Shown here in pieces: positions 1-13,047 of a stretch of 64,000 nucleotides of DNA; position 1 is the first letter of the stretch, and each line of letters starts with the position of its first letter. Made by a program: the position numbers and the translations under genes. The stretch spans positions 111,478,001-111,542,000 of the forward strand of contig NC_087437.1 of the NCBI RefSeq assembly GCF_036321535.1, read 5' to 3'. The stretch is from Camelus dromedarius (taxonomy: Eukaryota). The notes beneath the pieces were generated by a model that saw only the letters and a program-made list of their open reading frames with translations, did not search any database and had not been told where the DNA came from.

Positions 1-545
1 ATATCTAGCCAAATGAAAAAGTGCACCTGCTCTTTGACGGAGCCACCCCTCTTCTAGGATTTTATCCAGTGGGTATCTTACACGTACACAAAATGCAGTA
101 CTGCTAGGGGATTCACAGCAGTACTGCTTGAACTGGAAAGCGATTGGAAACAACTCAAATATCCACCACTAAATGACTGGTTGTAAAAATGACGATACCT
201 ACATGCAAAGGAAATCATGCTGCCATTAAAAATAAGACTCAGCACTGTACACTCCTATACAGAATTAGCTCCATGATAACATGAAGGGAAAAAAGAAAAT
301 GCACAATATGGTGTGTAATATGCGACTGTTTGCACAAAGTAGATGTTTATGTAGATATATGCTCGTGTTTGCACGGAACTACTCCAAAAGTATCCAGAAG
401 AAAGTGGCTAACTGTAGTTCCTTCTAGAGAGAAGAAACCGGTGGCTGGGAGATGGGAGAGGAGAGTGTCTCTTTGCACTATATGCCCTTTTCTATCTTTC
501 AAGTGAGGACTGTATTCAAGTATTAATGTTTGAACTGAAAAAAAA
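1..545 (+). mobile_element. Old L1M 3' remnant
   Basis: Degenerate L1 motifs (cccctcttctaggatttatcc, ttggaaacaactcaaatatcca) ending in an A-tract. Confidence 0.6.
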
Positions 546-574
546 AATAGCTATATCACTATCATGACTATTCT

Positions 575-910
575 AAGAAGTCTTCTAATGTTCTTAAGGT
601 CAGAAGTCCAAAATCAGTCTCACTGGGCCAAAGCCAAGGTGTGGGCAGGACCAGTTCTCTCTAGAATCTCCAGGGGAGGATCCAGTTCCTTGCTTTTTCC
701 AGCTTCAAGAGGCTACCTGCATTTGTTGGCCTGTGGCCACGTCACTCTGGCCTCTGCATCCATGGTCACATCTCTCTGACTCTGACCCTCCTGACTCCTT
801 CTTATAGGGATCCTTGTGATTACATTGGACCCACCTGGAGAGGTTGAACAATGAACAGAGTCTGGAGATTAGGACGTGGGCATCTTTGGGGGTCATCATT
901 CAGCCTACCA
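575..910 (-). mobile_element. MaLR MLT1-type LTR
   Basis: cagaagtccaaaatcagtctcactggg...ccttgtgattacattggacccacctgga...gggggtcatcattcagcctacca, typical of antisense MLT1. Confidence 0.75.
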
Positions 911-1669
911 AAGGGAGTAGAGACAAAAAACACTCCTATTCTCTTTCATTTCTTTTTCTCTTGTCCTCTAGGAGACAGCAGTGACCTCTCTGATGAGCAT
1001 CTGACACTCACTGGCCAGAGCTCACCAGAGGGAGGGGTCACTTCCTTAAAGTCTGCACTTTCACACTTTCTGGGGTGCCCGGGCCCTTGACCCTGCACCC
1101 TTCCACTTTTCTCCTCTGATGAGCATAGCAATCAGGTCCACCTTGAAAGCCTGAAAGCCTCTACCCTGGGATAAGACACTAGAGCTCCACCACGTCCCCC
1201 TGGTCATTCACTCAGAGCCCCACTCTTGGCCATTGGTGAGGCTCTACTTGGACAGTGCATTACATTCAATCCATTTGCATTTCTGACCATGCCAGATCCA
1301 CCAGCCAGAACCTTGGAGAGTAAGAGAGCTGGATTTAGACAAAGTTGCAAGGGTCTAGTCAGGGAGGTTTTGTGCCACACTACACACCCCTTTTTTTTTT
1401 TTTAAACAAATGATTGACCAGTGACCTCTTTATTAATTTTCTTCTATGAGCTCTTGAGTTTTAAAAGCTTTTTGTCTTTCAAACAATTTATACTTACTAA
1501 GCAGTAGTCCATGTGTTCTAATCAAAGACTAAGACATAATTTTTATCAAGCTTTTTAAAATCCTGAAAAGAAACACACATACTCCCATTACCATATCTAG
1601 GAATGAAAGTCTTGACAGTTTGAGAAATCTAGGTTTGGATTCAGAAAGATAGTAGAGACCACTGCAGTA

Positions 1670-1890
1670 TTAGTCCAGGGAGCACTGAGCTGGGAGTCAG
1701 GATCCTGGAGCAGTCCGCTCACTCGCTGTGCAAAATTGAGAAGTCACTTACCTATTTGTGGCCTCAGTCTCCTCATCTGAAAAATCACAGGCCTCTCCTG
1801 GGACTTAACTGGCCCAGAGTAGGATTCAGGTCTTGGTATTTTTTAAATTTCCCCAGATGATTCTAATGTGAAGCCAGGGTTGAGACCACA
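1670..1890. mobile_element. MIR fragment followed by a MER5A-like fragment
   Basis: ggcctcagtctcctcatctgaaaaat (MIR core); ccccagatgattctaatgtgaagccagggttgagacca (MER5A-like end). Confidence 0.6.
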
Positions 1891-2986
1891 GGATGGACAA
1901 AATCTAGCCACGCCAGAGCATACCCCGGGCCTGTGTCTGGTGGCTAAGTCGGGGATGATGAGGGGGAATACCTGGGACTCTGTGAGAGGAAAGGCAGCTG
2001 GTAGAGGCAGGTGGGGCAGTTTAGAGGAGGGAAGCAGGCCAAGCAATGACTAGAGGCTGCAAAGCTCGCCTCCCGAGGGGCTTGGGCTGCCTAATGAGGC
2101 CAGGCGGAAGAGCTCTTGGCAATTCTGACATTGCGCATCAAGTCAGTGACAGCCAGAGCCTAATGTGATTTGAAAGCTTCTGAAAGAGACATTGCAAATC
2201 AGGGTCACAGCCAGGGCCAGTCAGCAGTCTGCTGCCCAGGCCTGCTCACTGTCTCTCCTGCCCTGCCCCAGAGGGCATCCGCCGCCTCTGCTCACCTTGT
2301 CTGGGCTGAATCGCTTTTCCACCCAAACTTACAGGGGCAGCATTGAGGGGCAACATTTGGGAGACATTTCTGGCTCTGGCCTGGTTGTTAAAAGCTTTTC
2401 TGCTAGCTGTCATTAAACAGGAAAAATGGTGGCTTCCCAACAGAGCTAATTTCCCAGAAAATTGGTCCCTAATAGGCCAAGAGGCAAGGGATAGAGGTGT
2501 GAGGTGAGTGGGGAGTTAAGCCATGTGTTAATGTTTACTAGGGAACAGTCCAGGACTCACAGGAGGTCCAGGTAGGGCAGGACATACCACCTTAGCTCTA
2601 GAGGGAAGGCAGAGGCTGGCTGAATTTAAGTGTCTTCTTTTTGTTGGGGCATGAAGCAAACTGTTGCCTCTCTTCTTTGTCTTTTGTCCTATAGAGGATT
2701 AGAAGGCGCCTCCTGGCTTATTCTGATTAACCATTAGTCACCTTTTTCTCTGGCATGTGATGACTTTTTTTTCATGATTAGACTAACCTAGGTATCTGAA
2801 TCAAAAGTGGAAAGACATAATTTAGTGTAAGTTATCTGATGTCCAATTTTCCCATTATTTGTAACTCTATGTAAACAAAAAGATAACAAGAGAGAATATT
2901 GGAATTTAGACCATGATGAGAAATCTTAGATTGTAAGGAGGTTCCAGGACTTTGTGGTGCCATCACCATAAAAATGCATTGTGTGG

Positions 2987-3041
2987 CTGGAATTTGACAC
3001 AACATTGTAAAATGACTATAACTCAATAAAAAAAGTTTTTA
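2987..3041 (+). mobile_element. Extremely truncated young L1 3' end
   Basis: gacacaacattgtaaaatgactataactcaataaaaaaa flanked by TSD AAAAATGCATT(G/A)TGTGG at 2970-2986 and 3042-3058. Confidence 0.8.
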
Positions 3042-3059
3042 AAAAATGCATTATGTGGG

Positions 3060-4080
3060 ATGTCAGCAAAAATGATGGACTAAGAATCTCTGAAACATCA
3101 CTCCTCCATAAAAACACTGGCAAAAATTGTCAGATTCAAAATTTTCAGACATGTAGAAATTAGCCAAAGGCTAGCAGCAATCCAGGGTACACTTATTAAA
3201 GAAAAATGGCTGAATCTTGGTAAGAACAGAGAACTCTACAGCATTTGAACTTGCTGTGGTCTCATCCACCTACTCTCAGATCTGTTATACTCTTGAAAAA
3301 TCAATAGCCCACAATCACAGTGAAAACCAACAGCCTGGAAGCCACTGGGGAGAGCAAAACAGGGTTACAGCCCCTTCAGAGCCCCATTTCCAAGAACTAT
3401 CATTATTTGACCAGTCTGGTGGTTCTCTGGAAGAACTTATTAACAACATTATCTTTATTTGACATAACTCAGAGCTCTCCAAGTACAAACAGGCTTTGCC
3501 ACAAGACATTTGTTGAAAACAATCAGAGACAGTTGTTTAACATCATGGCTGTCTGAGACAGTGCATAACAGTTGGGGGAAACAATAAGCCAATCAGCAAG
3601 CTTCAAAGAAAAAGCTGGGGAATGACTTATTCAGAGGGGGATTTGCAAAGCTCTGGTATATTTCTGGGAATCTAGAAAGCCACACATGTGCATAGGTCTG
3701 TGGGCATGATCAAAGCTGTGTCATGTTCAAGCAAGAACTGAAAAGGTCGTAAGCTCTCAACTCTGACTGACCTTGATGCTCTGTGCAGGCAGGAAATAAA
3801 GGCTAAGGCAGAGTTGTAAACTATGTATCTGAGTGTTGAAGATGTACCCTCAACACACACAGAGCTCCTCACAAAGATTTAGACTTATTGGTTTTGAACA
3901 CTTAAGCACCCTCTGTCCAATCATTAGGATATCCCTAAGCTAAATGAGCAGAGACTTCATGGCCACCCATGACAAAGAATACAGACTTTACAGAATTAAT
4001 TCGGAAAATCACTAAACAAACAACAATGACAAATCCTGGAGAGGCGAAAGAATCTGATTCCAGAGTTGACATATTTATTT
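3060..4080 (+). mobile_element. Old L1M 5'-UTR-like segment
   Basis: ctcctccataaaaacactggcaaaaattgtcaga...gagttgtaaact...gaatctgattccagagttg resembles ancestral L1M 5' ends (recall). Confidence 0.55.
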
Positions 4081-4099
4081 AAAAGATCCAGTTTAACCT

Positions 4100-4563
4100 A
4101 TGGCCTGACAATTCAACCCATAGGTATATAGCCAAGGGAAATAAAAACATATGTTCACTCAGAAACATATACACAAATGTTCCTAGCAGCCTACTCATAA
4201 TAGCCAAAAAGAGGAAATAACCCAAATGTCCATCAATAGATGAACGGATAAAAGATGCTACAAGATAGATTAAAATTGAAAACATGCTACATGAAATAAG
4301 CCAATCACAAAAGATCACATATTATACAATTTTCTTTATGTGACGTGTACAGAATAAGCAAATCCATAAAGACAGAAAGTAGATTGGTGGTTGCCTCTGG
4401 CTGGGGTTTCTTTTTGAACAAGTGACAAGAATGTTTTCAAATCAATTATGGTGATGGATTCACAACTCTGTGAATGTAGTCAAAATCATTAAATTATATA
4501 CTTAAATGTGTAAATTGTATGGTATGTGAATTATATCTCAAAGAAAGCCATTACCAAAAAAAA
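4100..4563 (+). mobile_element. L1MB-like 3' end
   Basis: aacccaaatgtccatcaatagatgaacggataa...gacagaaagtagattggtggttgcc...gtatgtgaattatatctcaa plus A-tail. Confidence 0.8.
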
Positions 4564-5492
4564 GTGGCCTTAAAAATTTGCCTTTCTTCCTTCCTTCTCT
4601 ACAGGGTATTTATTAGACGGTGAGCAGAGGTCAGAAGAATCATCAGGAACCTGGAAATCATCGTTTTATCTTATTCAGCTTTGACATACACAGCAAGATT
4701 GCTCCTATTTGAAAACAAAATGTAACCACAAAGGGGCAATTGCCTACACTCCCTTAACCTTTACATTTTATACAAACAGATAATAGTCCAGTTTACAAAA
4801 GACCAATAGGCCAGAATTTAATTGCTTTCTTAGATGAATTCTTTGTTTTCTAAATAAAGGCATGAGTCAATGAATCCAACGAGCTCAGCTCAGTTCAGTG
4901 AGCACTCCAATTCTTTGCTTTGCAAGTGACCTATTTAGAGACGAATTGCATTTCTGAATTTTCCTCAGCAGTTGTCTTTAACCAAGGGTCTTGCACATCA
5001 ATTGTGCTATAATCTTCAGGGTAGGGGTAGGGAAGAGAAACAAAAGAAATAACAAGTTAATTGCATCTTGTAGGAAACTATTGTTTGAGGATTTGCTATT
5101 TTGTTGATGGAAAAAAAAATGGCTGCATGCAGTGATACTGTAATCAAAATGACTAGCAACGGAGAAGGACTTCCAGGCTTACTGGCTTTTTTTTTTTTTT
5201 TAAAGCTTAGGCATAGAGAATAAATTGTGTAGCAGTCACATATTTGGTTCTGGTCAGAATCACTTGGGTTTCTTCTCTATAATTGCTTGACCTTGGCCAT
5301 CAGTTCTGTGCTACTTCTTATTTTACTATTTGGGACACATGTAATTATCTTGCTGGGAGTTGTAACTCAGGTCATCTAATCTTGCAAGGAGGGGCCCCTG
5401 GTTTGATCTCTGGGGTTGTAAGAATAAACTGGCATGGCTGGGGTTCATAATGATCCCTCACAGCCCTGCTCTGCCTCCACCTTGCCCCTGAC

Positions 5493-6099
5493 TGTTGTGG
5501 GAGAGTAGGTCCTTGCCTTGCAGAGGAAAGAGTTCAAGAGCAAGGCATGGTAAAGTGCAAGCAAGTTTATTTAGAGAGACACACACTCCATAGACAGCAT
5601 GCAGTCTGTCTCACTCAGAAGGGAAAACAGCTTAGGACATACACACGTCATAGGCAGAATGTGGGCCATCTCAGAAGGTGAGAGGGAGACAGACCAAGAG
5701 ATGTGGGGGTGTTTAGTTTAAAGTAAAATCAGATACACACTCCATAGACAGAGTGCAGGCTGTCTCAGAAGGTGAGAGAGAGAGAGAGCGACCACGAGGC
5801 GTGGAGTTGTTAGGTATTATGGGCTCAGTAATTACATATCTGAAAGAGTGGGAGGATTATTTCAACTACTTTGGGGAAGGGGTCGAAGATTTCCAAGAAA
5901 TGCTCCCCCCGCCTACTTTTTGACCTTTTGTAGTCAGTCTAGAAACTGTCATGGCGCCTGTGGGTGTGCCATGAGGCTCAAGGTCTACTGGAAGTCAGAT
6001 CTTCTGCCATCTTGGTTCTAACCAGTGTGTCCTGTCCTTTCCTCAATTGCTGTGTCCATCCTCCAAGGATTGTGCCCTGCCCCCTTTCCTCCCACTTCA
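5493..6099 (-). mobile_element. ERV1-like solo LTR with three internal ~45-bp repeats
   Basis: TG...CA ends with a near-TSD (TGAC/TGAT); minus-strand AATAAA (plus tttatt near 5566); repeated acacactccatagacag...ctcagaagg units at 5581, 5641 and 5735. Confidence 0.65.
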
Positions 6100-6169
6100 T
6101 GATGATGGCAATTTGATGCAAGGAAGGAGATGTTGGACTCAAACTGGGCCAAAATTAAAGAGATACAAA

Positions 6170-6525
6170 GTGTAGGATATCTGCAAAATACCTGACCAGC
6201 ACTCTTCAAAACTGTCAAGGTCAAAAACACGGAAGTCTAGAACGCACTGTTTAGAGGAGCCTAAGGAGTCATGACTACTAAATGCAATATGGCTCCCCAG
6301 ATGGCATCCTGGGACAGAAAGGGACATTGGGTAAAAGCTAAGGGAATCTGAATAAGTGATGGAATTTGGTTTAGCAGTAGGGTGTCAGTATCAGTGACTA
6401 GTTTTAATAAATGCACCATAGCAGTGTTAACCCTAGGGAAACTGGGTGTGGGAATTCTTTCTAATATTTTCACCACTTTTCAGTAAATCTGAAATTACTC
6501 TAAAATTACAAGCTGATTGAAAAAG
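6170..6525 (+). mobile_element. L1MC-like 3' fragment
   Basis: aaatacctgaccagcactcttcaaaactgtcaaggtc...gtaaatctgaaattactctaaaat. Confidence 0.7.
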
Positions 6526-7034
6526 AGTGAGAGAAATAGAAATATAGAGACTGAAGATGGTTGGAGCTGACTGCTATGGACTCACCCTAGGAAGTGTTCT
6601 ACATGGTTCTGCTGCTGGGATCCTGGAGTGGCCCTAACTCCTGTTCAGCCTTGTGATCCATCTTTGATTCTATAAGCTTTCCCGATTTCCTTCCCATAGT
6701 CCCAACATACTGACGTTACCCAGGGGTGAATTCTGTTGCTTGCAGCTAAAGGATCTTAGCATCCGGTTCTGCTTCTGAGTCCTCGGGAAATAGGTTATGC
6801 CAGCTTTCAATTTACAAGACAATGGTTGAGCCATAACACAAATCTCTTTCTATAATTTTCACACCTTTCCTAACCAAACTCCTTAGTAGAGAGGTTGACA
6901 TAGAACAGACCCTATTTCAGCCCTTCATCTTCTCACAGCAGGAATCTCTACGGAGACGAGGCCCAGGCCCATGGAAGACATTGCTAATTGATCACAACAC
7001 TTGTTTCCTGAGCATGATTGCAGAGTAATAGATG

Positions 7035-7428
7035 CTGTTGGTGTCCCACCCAGATCCCCTTTATCAGTAAGTACACCTATCCATCTCCCAGCTATGAATG
7101 TCAGCTGCTAGAGGTTCACAGCTGCCATCATCTCCAGAGAACTGCTCTCAGTGAAAACAGCTTATAACCAATAAGTTACTAATTAGGGGTATAAAAGAAT
7201 GGGGCTCTTGCCTCAAAGTGGGACCAACTCTGAGATGTGGTTCATGCTGCAGGGTCCCAGTGGGACAAGGCTGAAGCTAGGCTGCACTGAGACCGCATTC
7301 TTCTGTAGCTCCTCCCCTTGCCCTGTATGACTTCCTTCACTCCCTCCTCCAAGGAGTCCTCCCTCAACAGACCCAGAGCATCAGAACCCCTGCCTCAAGT
7401 TCTGCTTTAGGGAATCCGACCTCAGACG
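7035..7428 (+). mobile_element. ERVL LTR16-like element
   Basis: tgttggtgtcccacccagatcccct...cttgcctcaaagtgggaccaactctg...ttctgctttagggaatccgacctcagac. Confidence 0.6.
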
Positions 7429-8003
7429 TGCGATGCAGAATCCTCCTCAACATGGTGGCCATGCAGTCATGACCGATATATGAGTTGATACATGAGATGA
7501 AAACTATTTGAAATCTCTGCTGGGAATAACACTAACACATAGGAGAAATTATGCCAGCACAAAAGGAAACATCAACCAAGAAGCTAGAAGCCTAGGTGAC
7601 CTGTCAATTGGACTATTGGCCTCTACAGAGGTAAAGGCAGGTGAACAGCCTTATGACTCCTTTGTTGAGATACAGGGTTCAGGTACAAATTGGAGACCTG
7701 TCTGTCCATATTTCTTCTTCTTCAGTCCACCATTTAGGACAAGTGTTTCTACAGTAAGAATTTCTGCAAGACAAAGTGAGGAAAGGTGAGGCTAAGGAAA
7801 TCCATCTTTACTCCAAGAAGCTGTCATGTCTAATAGCTGTAGGCATTTCTCCCTCTTTTTGGAGCAGGTGCACTGCTTTAGGAGCACCCCTCCAAGTAAC
7901 ATCAGGGGATTATCTCCAGTTGGGCATCTTTTTTCTTTTTCTGCTAAATATAATCTTGCTTTTTTCCATGCTATTGTTTAATGCCAGCTGAGTTTTACCA
8001 AAA

Positions 8004-8042
8004 AATAAATAAATAAATAAAATAATAATAATAGTAATAGTA

Positions 8043-8088
<46 letters not shown>
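8004..8088. repeat. (AAAT)n/(TAA)n microsatellite
   Basis: Read directly; it produces the poly-Ile/poly-Tyr ORF artefacts. Confidence 0.95.
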
Positions 8089-8089
<1 letters not shown>

Positions 8090-8977
8090 GGAGTGTATTG
8101 AGTAGGAAATGGGTAAGTTTGCTGAACAAAAACTCAAGTAACAGTGGCAAAAAATAAATCAAAATCGATTTCTCTCCTGTGGAAAAGCCCAGGCTGGTAT
8201 GTGGCTCAATGGCATAGATCTCGAGGGGGTACAAATTCCTAGTACCTTGATCTGTCATTCCTAGAGTGCCACTCTTGTCCACTGATGGACCACCCCAGTT
8301 CTAAATTCCAGCTACCTGGTAGTGGGGAAAGGCAGAGGAGGGGGGACTGCCCTTCCTTTGAAGAGGATGATCTGGACCAGTGTCACTTTGGTTCACTTTC
8401 CATTGACCAAGAGTTAGATGCACAGCCACATCTAACAGCAGAGGAGACTGGGAAAGGCAGGACTTAGTCTGAGAGCCGTGAGTCCAGCTAAAAATTGAGC
8501 ACTCTATTTCTGTGAGAGAAAAGAGAATAGATATTGGGGGACAGCTAGTGGAGAGGTAAGATGCCAGGAATGCAGGTAACGGTCCAAGAAGAAGGATATT
8601 GTCCTTCTTAGGGATGCTGGGCTGACTTTAAAGTCTCAAACACCCCCATTCAGTGCCTCTGGTAGATTGTATTACTGTTCACCAAATTCTGTCTTCCTCC
8701 TGTGCTGTCCCTCCCCCCACTATCAATTTGCTTTGGCCAATGAAATGTGGGCAGAAGTTATGTGTGTTGCTTTCGGGTCACTTAAAGGTCAGCATATGGT
8801 TCACGGCTTCTCTTCTCCCCCTGCACGAGACCAGTGATGTTCCAGACAAGAGGCTGCTCCATCAGCCTCTGAGCTGCAGATGATGTGAGTAGAGCCCCAG
8901 CTGACCTGAAATGAGCCTGTAGCATCAGTGAGAAAGAAACCTTGATATTGCTGCAAGCCACTGAGGTTGTCGGGTTG

Positions 8978-9014
<37 letters not shown>

Positions 9015-9050
9015 GCTTTACAGTTTCAGCATTCCTATTCTGCTGCCTAA
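8090..9050. mobile_element. MLT1-family LTR fragments, including (TG)15 at 8981-9010
   Basis: gccacatctaacagcagaggagactgggaaa; tgctttggccaatgaaatgtgggcagaagt...gcaagccactgaggttg. Confidence 0.6.
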
Positions 9051-9081
9051 TGGGATCTTTGTTCAAAAAAGTATAGCTCAA

Positions 9082-9203
9082 GGGGGGAGGGTATAGCTCA
9101 GTGGATTGAGAGCACGCTTAGCATGCACAAGGTCCTGGGTTCAATCCCCAGTGCCTCCATTAAAATTAAATCAAGCAATCAATTTAATTTTCACCCCCCA
9201 AAA
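9082..9203 (+). mobile_element. tRNA-derived SINE (vic-1-like)
   Basis: Pol III A box (TAGCTCAGTGG) and B box (GGTTCAATCCC), A-rich tail; one of 8 diverged copies. Confidence 0.85.
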
Positions 9204-9864
9204 TACAACTCATTGCTGTAAGCATAATAGTACCAAAGACTGCCTTCTACTGAACACTTACAATAGGCTAAGCCCTAATAATTTTATTATCATAAAACTT
9301 CACTTGGGTTTATAATCAATTTACAGATGGCTCCGAATGCTTTCACTTTATAATTTGTCACTGAAGTGCACACAGGTTACTGCTATTTGAAATGCTACCT
9401 AATGAATCTTTTCATTAAGCAAGAACCTTTGGGGAATTAGCCCTGTCCTTAAATGTGTTTTCTAAGTGTAGCATTTCACAAATAGCAAAACTGGAAAACT
9501 ATATTACTAATAATTAGAAAAATGATAATGTTAATGATTTTAATATTAACTTACTACTTAACATTAAAGACACAGCTAGGATACTTTGACTGCAAGTAGG
9601 GGAAGGACCAACGAAAACTGGTTAAAATGATAAGAAAGTTCTTAACTGATTCAATCAAAAGCAAAGAGGCAGGGAGGCCCTAGGGTGGTTCATTGGCTCT
9701 GTGGTGTTAAGGACCCAGATGCTGTTCATATTTCTACTCTTCCATCCTTAGAATGTTAGTGATGCCTCCCCTCATGGTCACAAAGAGGCTACCATAGCTC
9801 CAAATACCGTATCCACATATGACAGTATTTTCCAAAAGAAAAAGAGAAAGGCACAAACCTCCAG

Positions 9865-10122
9865 TTTTGAAATAACTAAGTCATAGGGAAGTAATGTACA
9901 ACATGGTGACCATAGTTAATAATACTGTATTGTATATCTGAAAGTTGCTGAGAGTAGATCTTAAAAGTTCTTGTCACAAGAAAAAAGTGTGACTATGTGA
10001 GGTGATGGGTGTTAACCTGACTTACTGTGGTGATCATTTCGCACTATATACTTATATCAAATCATTACCTTATATACATGAAACTAATGCTATATGTCAA
10101 TTATATCTTAATTTAAAAAAAA
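9865..10122 (+). mobile_element. L1MA-like 3' end
   Basis: gtacaacatggtgaccatagttaataatactgtattgtata...gtcaattatatcttaatttaaaaaaa. Confidence 0.8.
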
Positions 10123-10520
10123 TTTAAAGGGAAAAAAGCAGTGTCTCCTCACTCATCACTTTTCCTGAGCTAGAAAAGCCATTTTCTGAAGCTCCAGTGT
10201 AGGAGCTCACCTGCGCCAGTGGGCGCCTTGCCCACACCTAGCCATGCGCAAAACAAAAGTCACAAAGCTCTGTCACTTTCAGCCTCCATCGTGGGAATGT
10301 GCAGGCTAAATTAGTCAAGAAGGGATAGGTTCTGCTGTAGTAACAAATACCCCCAAATCTCAGTGACCTAATACACTCTCCTACCGAAAGTCCACACACC
10401 ATTTATAATGTAAGGACTCCTCGGTCCCTGCAGCAGGGGAAGAGGCAGCTGGAGGCTCGTATATCACTCTTTTGTACTTCAGTCTAGAAGTAATTTATGT
10501 TACTTCTGCTTACTCTTTTC

Positions 10521-10646
10521 GGGGGGCGGTGGACAATTAGGTTTGTTTGTTTGTTTATTTATTTAAATGGAGGTGCTGAGGATTGAACCCAGGACCTGGT
10601 GCATGCTAAGTACACGCTCTACCACTGAGCTATACCCTCCCTCCCC
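10521..10646 (-). mobile_element. tRNA-derived SINE (vic-1-like)
   Basis: Reverse complement of the SINE head: gattgaacccaggacc...ctctaccactgagctataccctccc. Confidence 0.85.
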
Positions 10647-10757
10647 TTCTCCACCTACTTTAATTGTAGCTTGTCCTATGAGTCTGTCTTGCTATGAGCA
10701 AGCTGGAGGTTTCTCAGACAGATGAAACCCTGGTCTCTGCCATGCTGGCTTTTCCCC

Positions 10758-11197
10758 TTTAAAAAATGAAATTCAACCAAGTAAATTGGAAGATCCAACT
10801 GGCTTTATTCAATGGTTCATGAATTGGGCAAAATCTCAACCAGTAAATAGAATACTCCCAGGGGTTGTACAAAAATAGGTTTTTATAGGCAGAAGGAAGG
10901 TGGGGCAAGGACTTCTGTCAGCAAAAGGAAAAAAAAAAGGATCATTTTCAGGCCAGGTCACCTTCTTTGGGGGGTAGATGGGGCCAGGGTCTATCAGGCA
11001 GACTACCTCTGCTTCCTTTGGGGGATGGGGAAGGCCCTCATGGCAGATTACCTCATTGGTACTGACCAGAAAATTCCAGACTGGCCTGTGAGGATTACAT
11101 TCCTGGGGAAGGTCAAAACTGCAGTTAGCTCAGGGGTTAAATCTAGGTTTGGCAGTGGAGGCTTTCACACTTCTGGCCTGCGATTTTCTCTGCAACA
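10758..11197 (-). mobile_element. ERV1-like LTR
   Basis: Minus-strand TATAAAAA (10880-10887) and AATAAA (10804-10809) in LTR order; ends ...tgcaaca; no clear TSD. Confidence 0.55.
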
Positions 11198-11338
11198 CTT
11201 CATAATCGCCACTCCCTCTCAGTTATCCCCGTGCCCCTTCCTCAGTCAACCCCAACATCATCCTCACTACTACACCCTTGTTTTCCTGGCCCATGTCACC
11301 CCCCACTTCCTCAGAGATCCTCAGGTTCCAAGCTCCTC

Positions 11339-11878
11339 TGTAACCAGGAAGGGTAGGGGGACCCCAGAGAAAGAGAACCAAGTATGATTTTCTTGACAGA
11401 AGAGAAGCCATTTCTGGCCTAAGCCATTTTGTGATCTAAGTCTGGCCACAGTGTTTGTCCTTGGACAGATCTCAGTAATTAATGATCTTAAGGGAACAAA
11501 AGAATGCAGAAACAAATGACGTTATCGGGCAAGAGAAGTAACAATAGCAAAGATAGTATGTCAGTTGTAAAGACTCCCAGTTCTGTGTCAGTGATAAAGA
11601 TTAGCCTGAAGGGCTCAACCACCAGATCAACTGGAACCTAAGGGATGATGATGTGGACCTTTTCTGACCCTCATGACTTCAATCATGAATATGCTTGTAC
11701 CTTTAGAATAAAACTTCCCCAATTTTGCTGTTCGGGGAGACACTGCTTTGGGAAAGATCCCCAGTGTTCTCCTTACTTGCTGCAAGTAATACATCCTTCC
11801 TTCTCCCCATCTTTGGCTTGGTTGTGTCTTGGCTCAACATCCACCAAGAGGCAAACCTGCATTTTAATGAGTGCACCA
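11339..11878 (+). mobile_element. ERV1-like solo LTR
   Basis: TG...CA termini flanked by a perfect 4-bp TSD CCTC (11335-11338 and 11879-11882); TATA-like and degenerate poly(A) (AATACA) motifs. Confidence 0.7.
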
Positions 11879-13047
11879 CCTCCAGTGACTTCTATTAAGT
11901 CAAAAGTATTCTTGCCTCTGCCTGTTGTTGCCATCAAGAAGAGGGAGGGGGGAGTTTGGAGGCTGTGGATAGAGGCTGAAGGATATCAGAAGTCCTCAAG
12001 GTCAAGGTACAGTTTGCTTTTTCCCAAAATGTCTAAATAATCTTTCCAACCTCACACTGTGAGGATTAGTTTCCTGGGGGTAGAGGAGGGTGGGTTGGGG
12101 GAACATTTCTTAGCTCTTTATGAGAGATGCAGATTCCTCTGTTGACATAAAATTGACTTTTTAATTTCAGTTGTTTAAAAAAATCATATATGTGCACTGG
12201 AAGGAAATCTCAGCAAAATATTAGTGGTGTTTATAGCTGTGCAATAGCTATAAGTAATTTTTACTTTCTTCTGAACACACAAATGTAACCCTTTTAGTAG
12301 GGACAGGGGAGGGGTTTTTTAAAAGAAGTCAAGCTTTTTTTTTCAACGCCAAGTTATCTCTTCTCTACTCTTGCTTTCAGGATGACCAGGAGACGTTAAT
12401 TCCCAGCACAAATATCAAGCATTATAATTATTGGGAAATCGTTTTCTGGTGGGGAGGACAGGCATGGGGGAAAGTTATTTCACCTGAACTTAAAGTTGAA
12501 GCCATCTATGCAATTTTCAGTCCCCAGAAACAATCTTCCAACCCATCTTTGAAAAAAAATCTTTGGAGCCTAGCTGATAGTGATAAGTTTTGACAGAAAA
12601 TACAAGTCCAATCATTTTCACCCAGAAATGGTGAGAAGAAAGCTGAAGAAGGAAAAGAACCCCCATCATCACCCTTTCCTGGGCTGCCCTCTTTGTTATG
12701 ACAAGACTCTGACCGTGGAAGTGTCCCTGGTGAAGGGGCCGGGTACGTGTGAGCCCTGGGAGAATCTGATGGTATTCTGGCCACAGAGTGGGAGGAGGGC
12801 TCAGCTGTGTTTGGCCCTCAGGTTTGGTGTTCACTGTTTCTTAAATAAAGGAACCTTACTCTATCTAGCCCTCCATGGAAGAAAAGTCCTGTGGGATTGG
12901 CACATTAATAACCTACCCAGAGCATTTCCTAAAGAGGACATTTTTAGTGGTTTAAAAGAAAAGGACAGTGCAATTTGACTGCAAGGAGCTCCCTGGTTAT
13001 TCCTGATCACACTTCCTGAACCACAGACTTCTGGATCTTCTTGGTAC

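Noticed and set aside
7910..8282. Poly-Ile and poly-Tyr ORFs
   Set aside because: Translations of the (TAA)n repeat.
9082..9160. tRNA genes (this copy and the seven similar ones)
   Set aside because: The copies are mutually diverged and have A-rich tails and TSDs, so they are SINEs rather than functional tRNAs.
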